A stretch of DNA of 39,232 nucleotides from positions 1 through 39,232 of the forward strand of contig CAJWIE010000002.1 of assembly GCA_913041115.1 (NCBI GenBank), read 5' to 3'. The DNA comes from an uncultured Legionellales bacterium (GTDB lineage Bacteria; Pseudomonadota; Gammaproteobacteria; Eutrophobiales; Eutrophobiaceae). A program made the position numbers and the translations under genes. Below are positions 1 through 9,390 of this stretch, one piece after another (position 1 is the first letter of the stretch; each line of letters opens with the position of its first letter). The notes below the pieces were generated by a model that saw only the letters and a program-made list of their open reading frames with translations, did not search any database and was not told where the DNA came from.

Positions 1-331
1 GTATTGTAAATGACGCATTTCCTCTATTCCAACAAGAAACAAAAATTTCACCTTGATAATCTGAGTCGACCAAACCTGTAAGATTGCCAAGAACAATGCC
101 ATGTTTGTGGCCAAGTCCAGAACGAGGCAATAGCATTGCGGCAAAAGATTTATCAGCAATATACATTGCAAAACCTGCGGATATTAAAACTGTACTATTT
201 GGGTTTATAGCCAGGCTTTCATTAATACATGCACATAAATCTAAACCAGCTGATCCTTCTGTAGCATAATTAGGTATTGGAAACTCATCGCCTAACCGCT
301 TATCAATGAGTTTTATTTGAATTTTTTTCAT
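1..331 (-). CDS. dut: dUTP diphosphatase (dUTPase), 3' end cut by the window edge
   Basis: Absent from the ORF track because it runs off the window. Reverse-strand translation from the ATG at 331-329 gives [39 protein letters not shown]...[38 protein letters not shown], with typical dUTPase motifs. It overlaps the coaBC stop by 29 nt, as in dfp-dut operons. Confidence 0.85.
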   Translation of the reverse strand, partial: MKKIQIKLIDKRLGDEFPIPNYATEGSAGLDLCACINESLAINPNSTVLISAGFAMYIADKSFAAMLLPRSGLGHKHGIVLGNLTGLVDSDYQGEIFVSCWNRGNASFTI

Positions 332-1517
332 TGTATTGTTGCGCGATCAATTTTATAAGGTGTCTTGCTAATTTATTTTTTGAAGTAAGTGGTAGTTGCT
401 CGTTCCCTGTTTTCCAGAATACAGTTAAAGCATTTTCGTCAGAATCAATCCCTTTTCTTTCTCCTACTTGATTTGCAGCAATCATATCAAGATTTTTCAA
501 AAACATTTTCTCTTGGGCATTGGACTCAAGATCTTCTGTTTCTGCAGCAAACCCAACTGTAAATGGTGCATCATGAAGTCCTGAAACATGAAATAATATA
601 TCCGGGGTTTTTTCGAGGATTAATTCATTCACATCCTGAGACTTTTTTATTTTTTGTTCTGATATTCTTTGTGCTCTAAAATCGGCAACTGCTGCTGCTG
701 ATATAAAAATATCTATACTACTAATTTCATGCATTACCGATTCGTACATTTCTGCTGCTGATGTTACATTAATAACTTTATCAATTCCTATGGCTTGAAG
801 ATTTACAGGGCCAGAAATAAGGGTAACATCCGCGCCCGCTTCAACTGCAGCTGTTGCAACAGCATACCCCATGCGACCTGAGCTACGATTACTTAGAAAT
901 CTTATTGGGTCAATTGCCTCACGAGTAGGGCCAGCGGTTACCAACAATCGTGAGCCGGTTAAGATATCCGTTTGAAATATATTGGCCGCGTATTTAACTA
1001 TTTCTTCTGGTTCAAGCATCCGGCCTGGACCATCTTCCCCGCAAGCCTGTTCCCCTATTGCGGGGCCAATAATATGAATACCTCTTCTACTTATCTTTTT
1101 TATATTATCTTGTGTTGCGACATTCAACCACATCTGTTGGTTCATAGATGGGGCAATCGCAACAGGACTATCTGTTGCTAAACATATTGTACTCAATAAA
1201 TCTTCCGCGAGACCAAAAGCATATCTGGCAATGAAGTTTGCGCTTGCCGGCACAATGAGAATTAGGTCTGCCCACCTTGCTAACTCAATATGACTCATAG
1301 CTGTTTCCGTATCTAAATCAAGTAATTCTGTATAAACCGATTTTGATGATAGGGCCTGAAAGGTCAACGGCGTTACAAATTTAGTGGCATTTTGTGTCAT
1401 AACAATACGAATATCTGCGCCATTTTTTCTTAAAAGACGAACCAGAAAAGCCGCCTTGTAGGCAGAAATACCGCCCGTAACGCCCAAAATAATTCGCTTG
1501 CCAACTAATCTATACAT
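303..1517 (-). CDS. coaBC: Bifunctional phosphopantothenoylcysteine decarboxylase / phosphopantothenate-cysteine ligase
   Basis: 404 aa. N-terminal flavoprotein motif [13 protein letters not shown], a CoaB half ([24 protein letters not shown]), Dfp-like length, and dut immediately downstream. Confidence 0.95.
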   Translation of the reverse strand: MYRLVGKRIILGVTGGISAYKAAFLVRLLRKNGADIRIVMTQNATKFVTPLTFQALSSKSVYTELLDLDTETAMSHIELARWADLILIVPASANFIARYAFGLAEDLLSTICLATDSPVAIAPSMNQQMWLNVATQDNIKKISRRGIHIIGPAIGEQACGEDGPGRMLEPEEIVKYAANIFQTDILTGSRLLVTAGPTREAIDPIRFLSNRSSGRMGYAVATAAVEAGADVTLISGPVNLQAIGIDKVINVTSAAEMYESVMHEISSIDIFISAAAVADFRAQRISEQKIKKSQDVNELILEKTPDILFHVSGLHDAPFTVGFAAETEDLESNAQEKMFLKNLDMIAANQVGERKGIDSDENALTVFWKTGNEQLPLTSKNKLARHLIKLIAQQYNEKNSNKTH

Positions 1518-1600
1518 AATGCTATGATTTTACCTGAATTATTTACTTAAGTAGCCAGAAGTTTTTACTCTTTTCGGCTTACGGGATCTATTGCTAATGC

Positions 1601-1629
1601 TTGGATTCACGGTTTAATCGATGTACAAT
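1601..1629 (+). promoter_or_regulatory. Candidate sigma70 promoter for rpmB-rpmG
   Basis: TTGGAT (1601-1606), a 17-nt spacer, then TACAAT (1624-1629), about 37 nt upstream of the rpmB ATG in the divergent coaBC/rpmB intergenic region. Confidence 0.4.
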
Positions 1630-1665
1630 CCGCGCTCACTTTTTTTTCGTCAACAGAGAATAACA

Positions 1666-1902
1666 ATGTCGCGAGTTTGTCAGGTAACAGGTAAAAGACC
1701 AATGGCTGGGAACAACGTATCCCACGCGAATAATAGAACAAAGCGCCGTTTTTTACCTAATTTACAATCAAGACGCTTCTGGGTAGAAAGTGAAAATCGT
1801 TGGGTCCGTTTACTCGTCAGTAAAAAAGGAGCTCGGATCATTGATAAAAAAGGCATTGAAACCGTTCTTGCAGATATCCGCAGTCGTCAAAAGACAGCGT
1901 AA
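1666..1902 (+). CDS. rpmB: 50S ribosomal protein L28
   Basis: [34 protein letters not shown]... is a canonical L28 N-terminus. The track ORF (1621) carries a 15-aa extension that overlaps the putative promoter, so the start is moved to ATG 1666. Confidence 0.95.
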   Translation: MSRVCQVTGKRPMAGNNVSHANNRTKRRFLPNLQSRRFWVESENRWVRLLVSKKGARIIDKKGIETVLADIRSRQKTA

Positions 1903-1912
1903 AAGGTTATTA

Positions 1913-2071
1913 ATGATGCGTGATAAAATTAAACTTGTTTCTTCTGCAAATACTGGCCATTACTATACAACAACAAAAAATAGACGTGCGACGACAGATA
2001 AAATAGAAATTAAAAAATATGACCCGGTTGTTCGTAAGCATGTTATATATAAAGAATCAAAAATAAAATAG
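1913..2071 (+). CDS. rpmG: 50S ribosomal protein L33
   Basis: [52 protein letters not shown] is collinear with E. coli L33. The track ORF from 1790 overlaps rpmB out of frame and is an artefactual extension. Confidence 0.95.
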   Translation: MMRDKIKLVSSANTGHYYTTTKNRRATTDKIEIKKYDPVVRKHVIYKESKIK

Positions 2072-2102
2072 TGCTGTTCAGCGCTATTTTCGCAACTGCG
2101 CT

Positions 2103-2834
2103 ATGAAAAAAGATAATACTCTCATATCTATTAATGGCCTCTCCAAATTCTATGGCCAAAAACACGCAATCGAAGATGTTAGTTTTACTGTGCATCGGGG
2201 TGAGATTCTTGGTTTGCTTGGCCCTAATGGTGCTGGCAAATCTACAACCATGCAAATTATTTGTGGTGTAATTGCGGCAAATAGTGGCTCAGTTAATATT
2301 GCAGGGCATGACATAATTGATGCTCCAAAACAAGCAAAACAAAATATTGGTTTCTTGCCAGAACAATTGCCACTGTACGGCGATCTGACCGTTGATGAAT
2401 ATTTATTCTATTCTGCAAAACTACGGGGAATAAAAAAACAAAGTCTTAATGATCAAATTATATCTTGTAAAAGACGCTGTGGTTTAGAAAACACGGGTAC
2501 GCGACTAATACAAAATCTTTCAAAAGGATATAAACAACGAGTCGGTATAGCACAAGCAATAATTCATATGCCTCCAATTATTATTCTTGATGAACCAACC
2601 TCGGGGCTTGATCCAAAACAAATTTTAGAAATTAGAGAATTAATGCGTGAATTAAGCAAGGATCATAGCATCATAATTTCAACTCACATCCTTTCCGAAG
2701 TCGAAGCCATTTGTGATCGTGTTCTTGTTATAAATGAAGGAAATATTGTATTAGATCAATATTTAAAAGAATTATTAGCTGGTGATAATTCACTTGAGTC
2801 TGTGTTTTTACATTTGACCGGGGGCAGTAGTTAG
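2103..2834 (+). CDS. ABC transporter ATP-binding protein (ABC-2 / GldA-like subfamily)
   Basis: Walker A GPNGAGKST, Q-loop FLPEQ, signature LSKGYKQR, Walker B IIILDEPTSGLD, H-loop STHIL. 243 aa, single NBD. Confidence 0.9.
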   Translation: MKKDNTLISINGLSKFYGQKHAIEDVSFTVHRGEILGLLGPNGAGKSTTMQIICGVIAANSGSVNIAGHDIIDAPKQAKQNIGFLPEQLPLYGDLTVDEYLFYSAKLRGIKKQSLNDQIISCKRRCGLENTGTRLIQNLSKGYKQRVGIAQAIIHMPPIIILDEPTSGLDPKQILEIRELMRELSKDHSIIISTHILSEVEAICDRVLVINEGNIVLDQYLKELLAGDNSLESVFLHLTGGSS

Positions 2835-2850
2835 TAATAAACAAAATACT

Positions 2851-3597
2851 ATGATTAATAATATAATTTTAATTGCTGGCAATGAATTAAGACGTTTTTT
2901 TAAATCAACGCTCGCCTGGATTATACTTGCAATCATTCAATTTCTGGTTGCGATTTTTTTCTATGTGCCGTTAGTCATGTATTTACAACCGGCTTCAACA
3001 GCATCAGGATTGACAGACGCAGTGGTATCAACAATGTATGGCTTTGCGGCTTATATTATATTAATAATGTCACCATTACTAACAATGCGTTTAATTTCAG
3101 AAGAACGTCAATTAGGCACGATAAGATTACTATTCTCATCACCAATAAGTATTACGGAAATAGTACTAGGTAAGTTTCTTGGAATCACAATATTTTATTT
3201 ATTAATTTTGTTGATGATTACCTTAATGCCATTATCTTTATTATTTGGAACACAACTTGATCTTGGGCAAATAGCATCTTCATTAGTTGGTCTATTTTTA
3301 CTAATGACTTCTGTCGCATCAATTGGATTATTTTTATCGTCACTAACTAGCTCTCCAGCAATGGCTGCAATTAGTACATTCGGCACTATATTATTTCTTT
3401 TAATAATAAAAATTGGCGGTACAAATTCTTCGTCTGAGGTAGCTTTGGTCTTTTCCTATCTATCTATAGACAAGCATTATAATAATTTTTTAAGCGGACT
3501 ATTCAATTCTGTTGATATTTTTTATTACATTATATTGACCGTATTTTTTATTATTTTGTGTATTTGGCGTCTCGATTCAGAACGAACATATGGATGA
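2851..3597 (+). CDS. ABC-2 type transporter permease (GldF-like)
   Basis: 248 aa and very hydrophobic, with about 6 predicted TM segments. It sits directly after the ABC-2 ATPase, and its stop overlaps the next start (ATGA at 3594-3597). Confidence 0.8.
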   Translation: MINNIILIAGNELRRFFKSTLAWIILAIIQFLVAIFFYVPLVMYLQPASTASGLTDAVVSTMYGFAAYIILIMSPLLTMRLISEERQLGTIRLLFSSPISITEIVLGKFLGITIFYLLILLMITLMPLSLLFGTQLDLGQIASSLVGLFLLMTSVASIGLFLSSLTSSPAMAAISTFGTILFLLIIKIGGTNSSSEVALVFSYLSIDKHYNNFLSGLFNSVDIFYYIILTVFFIILCIWRLDSERTYG

Positions 3598-4982
3598 TAA
3601 CTAAAAGTATGTTTATCACAAAAGAAATGAGATTAAAAATTAAATTAAATAGCATTCTTATGCTTTGCTTATTTATTGCTATTGCTTCTTTATTAGCATG
3701 GTCCAGTTGCAAAAATTATGTTGAGTACGATTGGACAACTAGTGGACGAAATACGTTATCAGATACAAGTCTTGAAATCTTGTCTATGATGCCTGAAAAA
3801 ATTTATATAACTTCTTATGCCAGAGAAACACCTTTTTTGCGAGCTTCAATAAAAAAGTTTATAGGAAAATACCAACGTCATAAATCAAACATAATTTTAA
3901 GTTTTGTAAACCCAGATACGGCTCCAGATGAAGCACGCAACCTAGGTATAACAGTTGATGGTGAAATTATCGTACGTTATAAAGGACGTAATGAACACTT
4001 AAAAACTGATAGTGAACAGGTATTTGCGAATACATTAAAAAGATTACTACGAAATCAAGAGAAATGGATTGCTTTTGTTGAAGGACATGGTGAGCGTAGC
4101 GCATTAAGTGCCTCTAAAGACGATTTGGCTGAGTGGGCAAATAGTCTTTTTAAAGAAGGTTATCGGATTCAGCCTATTAACCTTACCGAAATAAAAGTTA
4201 TTCCAGACAATACTAAAATTTTAATAATTGCAGGGCCAACTAATGACTATCTATCGAATGAGACCGAAATTATATTAAATTATATTGGTAACGGTGGAAA
4301 CTTATTATGGCTTCATGAGCCAGGATCATTATACGAATTAGATAAACTTGCAGAAAAATTATCTATAGAATTTCACAAAGGAGTAATTATTGATACAGTT
4401 GGGGAAGAAATCGGTATTAAAGATCCGACAATTACATTTATTACAAAAAGTCTCTACCAAACACACCCCATTACCAAAGATTTTGATTTTGTTACACTTT
4501 TCCCGATGGCTGGCGCAATTAAACCAATAAAATCTGAAATGTGGGATACCAAACCCATACTTAACACAGGAAAGCACACATGGAGTGAAACCGGTAAATT
4601 AAAAGGTGAAATTGAATTCAATATTGATACCGAAATTCAAGGGCCATTAACCCTAGGCTTAAGCCTACAAAGAAATTTTGAAAAAGAAGAAGATAACAAG
4701 TTAACCACGAAAGAACAACGCATTATTGTTATAGGCGATGGGGATTTTTTGTCAAATACCTACTTTTCAAATAATGGAAATGGTGAATTGGGGGCTAGAA
4801 TAATTAGTTGGTTAAGTGATGACGATGATTTTGTTTTAATCCCATCAAAAACTGTAATAGACGCACAACTAAAAACACCTTTTATAATACTTGGTGTGCT
4901 TGGAGTAGGTTTTCTGTTTTTAATTCCTATAATTTTAGTGTCTATTGGAATTCTTATTCAAATGAGGAGAAAAAAACAATAA
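3594..4982 (+). CDS. GldG-like ABC transporter auxiliary component (ABC_transp_aux family)
   Basis: One TM near each terminus flanks a large soluble domain. Motifs ILIIAGPTNDYLSNETEIILNYIGNGGNLLWL and IIVIGDGDFLSNTY match what I remember of GldG-type proteins. The start at 3594 is chosen for the ATGA coupling with the permease stop; the track ORF begins at 3558. Confidence 0.7.
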   Translation: MITKSMFITKEMRLKIKLNSILMLCLFIAIASLLAWSSCKNYVEYDWTTSGRNTLSDTSLEILSMMPEKIYITSYARETPFLRASIKKFIGKYQRHKSNIILSFVNPDTAPDEARNLGITVDGEIIVRYKGRNEHLKTDSEQVFANTLKRLLRNQEKWIAFVEGHGERSALSASKDDLAEWANSLFKEGYRIQPINLTEIKVIPDNTKILIIAGPTNDYLSNETEIILNYIGNGGNLLWLHEPGSLYELDKLAEKLSIEFHKGVIIDTVGEEIGIKDPTITFITKSLYQTHPITKDFDFVTLFPMAGAIKPIKSEMWDTKPILNTGKHTWSETGKLKGEIEFNIDTEIQGPLTLGLSLQRNFEKEEDNKLTTKEQRIIVIGDGDFLSNTYFSNNGNGELGARIISWLSDDDDFVLIPSKTVIDAQLKTPFIILGVLGVGFLFLIPIILVSIGILIQMRRKKQ

Positions 4983-4983
4983 C

Positions 4984-5793
4984 GTGAACAAAAGGATATG
5001 GATTAACATTTTTTTATTTGTTGTTGTTATTTTATTATCAATAATTATTCTTTCTGAAAAAGATAAAATTGAGGAAGAACTGCCATCTTTATCTACGATT
5101 GACCCAAATAATATATCGAAAATTGAAGTTCTAAGAAAGAATCTTGAAACACTATCCTTTAGCAAAAATGAAGATGAGTGGAAAATAGATTCACCATTAC
5201 AATTTCAGGCTAACTCCGCAAGAATTAAATCAATACTAAATATTCTTACAACTAAATCATATAAAACGTTAAACCTGAATGATATTTCACAATTTGATCT
5301 TAGGAGTCCAAGAGTTATTTTAAAATTAGATAAAGATAACTTCTCATTCGGAACCACTAACCCAATAGATCAAAAAAGATATATTTTATTTAATGAAACA
5401 GTACATCTAATAGATGATTATTTATTTCCTCAGCTAATGGTGAATGCCTTCTTTTTTGTTGACACTAAGTTACTGCCTAAAAATATAGATATTTCTTCAA
5501 TAGAATTTCCTGATAATAAATTTCAAAAAGATAATGATAAATGGGTATCATCTACAAATAAATATAATGAAGAAGAAATAATAAAAATTGTTAGCAAATG
5601 GGATAAAGCTATTGCTGTTTCCGTTAGTGAATATAAAAAAGGAGAAGATGAAGGAATGGTGTCCGTTCAAGCATTGTCTGGTGAAAAAATTAATTTTATC
5701 ATAGTAAAAACTGGACCTTATTTAATTCTTGGTAGAGAAGATATAGGCATTCAATACACACTAGGAGGAGATGATGCTATACAAATGTTTTAA
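4984..5793 (+). CDS. DUF4340-like membrane-anchored protein, fourth gene of the ABC-2 module
   Basis: GTG start 1 nt after the preceding stop. N-terminal TM (IWINIFLFVVVILLSIIILS) followed by a soluble domain. Its position after a GldG-like gene matches the usual DUF4340 context. The family assignment is from memory and not searched. Confidence 0.55.
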   Translation: MNKRIWINIFLFVVVILLSIIILSEKDKIEEELPSLSTIDPNNISKIEVLRKNLETLSFSKNEDEWKIDSPLQFQANSARIKSILNILTTKSYKTLNLNDISQFDLRSPRVILKLDKDNFSFGTTNPIDQKRYILFNETVHLIDDYLFPQLMVNAFFFVDTKLLPKNIDISSIEFPDNKFQKDNDKWVSSTNKYNEEEIIKIVSKWDKAIAVSVSEYKKGEDEGMVSVQALSGEKINFIIVKTGPYLILGREDIGIQYTLGGDDAIQMF

Positions 5794-5828
5794 AAAAATC
5801 ATACATAAAAGATTTAATATTTTTCATA

Positions 5829-6644
5829 ATGCCAGAACTCCCAGAAGTTGAGACAACAAAAAAAGGTATTTCTTCACATGTTGTTGGTAAACGTGTTAAT
5901 GATATTATTATTCGTGAGAGAAAACTTAGATGGCTAATCCCCCTAAATCTAAAAAAATCACTTAAAAATCAATATATTAAAAAATTAACTCGGCGGGCAA
6001 AATATCTTCTCTTTCATACTGACAATGGCTGCTTAATTATACATCTTGGCATGTCGGGGAGTTTACGTTTAGTCAAAAAAGACCGACCACATGTAAAACA
6101 TGACCATGTTGATTTTATTTTTGAATCAAAATATTTGCTACGATTTCATGATCCAAGAAAATTTGGTTCAATTTTATGGACAAATAAAAATCCTAACCTG
6201 CATAGATTAATTGCTCATCTTGGTCCTGAGCCTTTAGAAGATGAATTTAACGCTGACTACTTATATGCTAAGTCTAAAAATCGTTCAGTATCAATTAAAG
6301 CATTTATTATGAATAGCTATATTGTTGTAGGTGTCGGTAATATTTACGCAAATGAAGCTTTGTTTTTATCGGGTATTAACCCAAAATGTAAAGTCAATAG
6401 AATTTCAAGAATGCGCTATGAAAAATTAGTCACCTCAATAAAAACTATTTTATCAAAAGCCATTGATATGGGAGGAACAACGCTACGCGATTTCGTAAAT
6501 AGCGACGGTGTGCCTGGTTATTTTACAAATGAACTAAAAGTATACAATTATGCTGGTAAACCATGCCCTCAATGTAAAAATAAAATAAGGGTAATAAAAC
6601 AAAATCAAAGATCTACTTTCTATTGCACTTCTTGCCAAACATAA
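5829..6644 (+). CDS. mutM: Formamidopyrimidine-DNA glycosylase
   Basis: N-terminal MPELPEVE catalytic motif and C-terminal zinc finger CPQC...CTSC. 271 aa. Confidence 0.95.
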   Translation: MPELPEVETTKKGISSHVVGKRVNDIIIRERKLRWLIPLNLKKSLKNQYIKKLTRRAKYLLFHTDNGCLIIHLGMSGSLRLVKKDRPHVKHDHVDFIFESKYLLRFHDPRKFGSILWTNKNPNLHRLIAHLGPEPLEDEFNADYLYAKSKNRSVSIKAFIMNSYIVVGVGNIYANEALFLSGINPKCKVNRISRMRYEKLVTSIKTILSKAIDMGGTTLRDFVNSDGVPGYFTNELKVYNYAGKPCPQCKNKIRVIKQNQRSTFYCTSCQT

Positions 6645-6656
6645 AATTGTGAGATT

Positions 6657-8342
6657 TTATTTGTATAAATGTATTGACTCAGCAACACCATCACCTCTCG
6701 GATCGCTAGCAACAAAACTAGTATTTTTATTTTTCCATATCATAATCGCCTGCATGTTGCCGTATTTTCTTTTTATCTCTTTTAATTTATGGCCTTTAGA
6801 AACTAATTTTCTTTTTTCATCAACTGATAGGCCGCCTGTTTCATATTGTACTAAATCCGGAATATATTGATGGTGAAACCTTGGCAAACTTACCCATGAG
6901 TCTGGCAATTCGCCTTTAACAAAATCCAAAATTGCTAATAACACCATACTTATAATACGACTTCCTCCTGGTGTACCAAGAATAGCAATACGATTATTTG
7001 ATTCGATAAACGTTGGTGTCATGCTTGATAAAGGCCGTTTACCAGGGCGGATTGTGTTTGCCTGATATCCTACTAAACCATAATTATTCGCAGTCAAAGG
7101 TTTGACAGTAAAGTCATCCATTTCATTATTCAAAACAATGCCTGTTCCTTCAATAACAAAGCCGGAGCCAAATGGCAAATTAATGCTAAGTGTAGATGAA
7201 ACCATATTGCCGTCCCTATCCACTACTGAAAAGTGTGTTGTATTTTCGCCTAAATTATCTACAGCAGCTATGCTGCCTAATTCAGCGCTAGGTGTTGCAC
7301 GATCAACATCGATTGTTAGCGCTAGTCCCTCTGCATAATTTTTGTCCAATAATCTATCAACTGGTATATATACAAAATCCGAATCCCCCAAATATGCAGC
7401 ACGATCACGATAAGCACGCCTCATTGCCTCAATAATAATATGCTTACGAGTTATATTGTCGTATTGTTTTAAATCAAATTTTTCTAAAATATTTAATACT
7501 TGGCCAAGAACAATTCCCCCAGACGAAGGCAGGGGGACAGATGTTATTTTAATCCCCTTATAATTTATAAAAATTGGTTCTCGTTCGATTATTGTGTAAT
7601 TCGCTAGATCATATGTTTCCCATATGCCGCCATTTTTTTGGATATTATCGACAATCTTTTGGGAAAAATTTCCCTGATAAAATCCTTCGCTACCCTTCTC
7701 AGCAATCATGCTCAATGTTTCCGAAAGATCTTCTTGTATAATAAAATCGCCTAATTTAGGAATTTTATCGTTAATAAAAAAAATAGATGCGGTACTTGTA
7801 TATTTACGCATTATATCTTCTCTATACTGAATTAACTTGCGGTAACGTTCGGTGACAACAAAACCATTTTTTGCTTGCTGTATAGCAGGTTTAAGAATCT
7901 CTTTTAAACTTAAACGGCCATAGTTTTTCACTAAATGATCAATTCCTGCAACAATTCCGGGGATCGCTGATGCCATCGGGCCATTTAAAGAAAGTCCTTC
8001 AACAATGTTACCATTCTTATCTACGTACATATTTTTATGGCTTCTCAATGGCGCAATCTCACGACCATCAATTACAACTTGCTTATTATCTGCGCTCCGA
8101 TGCAGTAACCAAAAACCACCCCCACCTAAGCCCGAACCATATGGCTCAACAACAGCTAATGAAGCGGTTATTGCGGCTGCAGCATCAAAGGCATTCCCGC
8201 CCTTCTTTAGTATTTCTAGTCCAGTACGTGTAGCGATTTCATGTGCAGTTGCAACTGCTGATTGATTTGGGATATCGGCAAATATACATGCAGAATATAT
8301 ATATGAAATAATAAAAAGAAAATTCCGGATATTGCTTTGCAT
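6657..8342 (-). CDS. ggt: Gamma-glutamyltransferase (secreted precursor)
   Basis: 561 aa. N-terminal signal-like segment, GGNAFDAAAA and PYGSGLGGGGF motifs, autoprocessing/nucleophile region GENTTHFSVVD, and GGSRII near the C-terminus. Confidence 0.92.
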   Translation of the reverse strand: MQSNIRNFLFIISYIYSACIFADIPNQSAVATAHEIATRTGLEILKKGGNAFDAAAAITASLAVVEPYGSGLGGGGFWLLHRSADNKQVVIDGREIAPLRSHKNMYVDKNGNIVEGLSLNGPMASAIPGIVAGIDHLVKNYGRLSLKEILKPAIQQAKNGFVVTERYRKLIQYREDIMRKYTSTASIFFINDKIPKLGDFIIQEDLSETLSMIAEKGSEGFYQGNFSQKIVDNIQKNGGIWETYDLANYTIIEREPIFINYKGIKITSVPLPSSGGIVLGQVLNILEKFDLKQYDNITRKHIIIEAMRRAYRDRAAYLGDSDFVYIPVDRLLDKNYAEGLALTIDVDRATPSAELGSIAAVDNLGENTTHFSVVDRDGNMVSSTLSINLPFGSGFVIEGTGIVLNNEMDDFTVKPLTANNYGLVGYQANTIRPGKRPLSSMTPTFIESNNRIAILGTPGGSRIISMVLLAILDFVKGELPDSWVSLPRFHHQYIPDLVQYETGGLSVDEKRKLVSKGHKLKEIKRKYGNMQAIMIWKNKNTSFVASDPRGDGVAESIHLYK

Positions 8343-8348
8343 AATAAA

Positions 8349-8828
8349 CTACTTTAAGAATTTTTCTTTCAAAACTAATTTTACAGACTCGGGCACAAAC
8401 GCACTAACATCTCCGCCTAACACAGCTATTTCACGAACGAGACCTGATGAAATATAATTAAAATTTTCTGTTGGCGCTAGAAATACTGTTTCAATATCTT
8501 TATATAATCTTTTGTTCATACAAGCCATTTTAAATTCATAGTCAAAATCTATAATTGTTCGTATTCCACGAATGATTATCTTCGCAGATTTTTCTTTTGC
8601 TAGATCAGTAACTAAACTATCAAAAGAAATAACTTTAACATTTTTATTATTAGAAAATATATCCTTTATAAGTAACAGTCTTTCCTCTGTGGTAAGTAAT
8701 GTCTTCTCTGATTTTTTCTCTATAACAGCAATAGTAATTTCATCGAATAATTTTGCGGCACGCAGTGCTATATCGATATGGCCATTTGTTATTGGGTCAA
8801 AACTACCGGGGTAAATTGCCTTTATCAT
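8349..8828 (-). CDS. coaD: Phosphopantetheine adenylyltransferase
   Basis: MIKAIYPGSFDPITNGHIDI (the nucleotidyltransferase T/HxGH motif). 159 aa. Confidence 0.95.
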   Translation of the reverse strand: MIKAIYPGSFDPITNGHIDIALRAAKLFDEITIAVIEKKSEKTLLTTEERLLLIKDIFSNNKNVKVISFDSLVTDLAKEKSAKIIIRGIRTIIDFDYEFKMACMNKRLYKDIETVFLAPTENFNYISSGLVREIAVLGGDVSAFVPESVKLVLKEKFLK

Positions 8829-8829
8829 T

Positions 8830-9387
8830 CTAATTGTCTCGACTTAATTCTGCTAACACCGATTGCACTTGTTTTGTTTGAGTAATTTTATTTATTTTAA
8901 ACACTGAAGGTATACTTACATCTTTTTCTGATTCGATATAAAGTACACCATGTTTGTCTAACAATGACTGTTCAAAAATGATTTGGCAACATTTTTCTAC
9001 ATAACCTTTGTCAAACGGTGGATCTAGAAAAATAATATCGAATGTTTTCGTCTGCTCTTTAGACCATCTTATTGCATCTGCACACTCAATATAATGAGAT
9101 TTACTCTCTAGAGTTTCGGCAGTTTGTATCAAAAAATCAACAATGGCCGGGTTAGATTCAATCATTGTAGCCTCAGAAGCACCGCGAGATAACGCTTCAA
9201 ATGACAGAACACCCGTACCAGAAAATAAATCTAGACAACGAGCGCCGATAACTTTTTTATTTATCCAGTTAAATAATGTCTCGCGAAGTCTGTCTGGAGT
9301 AGGTCTTAAACTAGCGGCCTTTATTACGTTTAATTTCCTACCGCGCCATTTACCGCCAATAATCCGTATCTTTCCTAAGCTATCCAA
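8830..9387 (-). CDS. rsmD: 16S rRNA (guanine966-N2)-methyltransferase
   Basis: IRIIGGKWRGRKL N-terminus, SAM-binding DLFSGTG, and catalytic DPPF. It sits next to coaD and diverges from ftsY, as in other gammaproteobacteria. Confidence 0.9.
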   Translation of the reverse strand: MDSLGKIRIIGGKWRGRKLNVIKAASLRPTPDRLRETLFNWINKKVIGARCLDLFSGTGVLSFEALSRGASEATMIESNPAIVDFLIQTAETLESKSHYIECADAIRWSKEQTKTFDIIFLDPPFDKGYVEKCCQIIFEQSLLDKHGVLYIESEKDVSIPSVFKINKITQTKQVQSVLAELSRDN

Positions 9388-9390
9388 ATT

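Noticed and set aside
84-269. 61-aa + strand ORF at the left edge
   Set aside because: The opposite strand encodes an unmistakable dUTPase (dut) across 1-331, so this ORF is its antisense shadow.
6641-6660. ATAAAAT/ATTTTAT hairpin between the convergent mutM and ggt
   Set aside because: The stem is 7 A-T pairs only, so its predicted stability is negligible. It partly overlaps both stop regions and is not convincing as a terminator.
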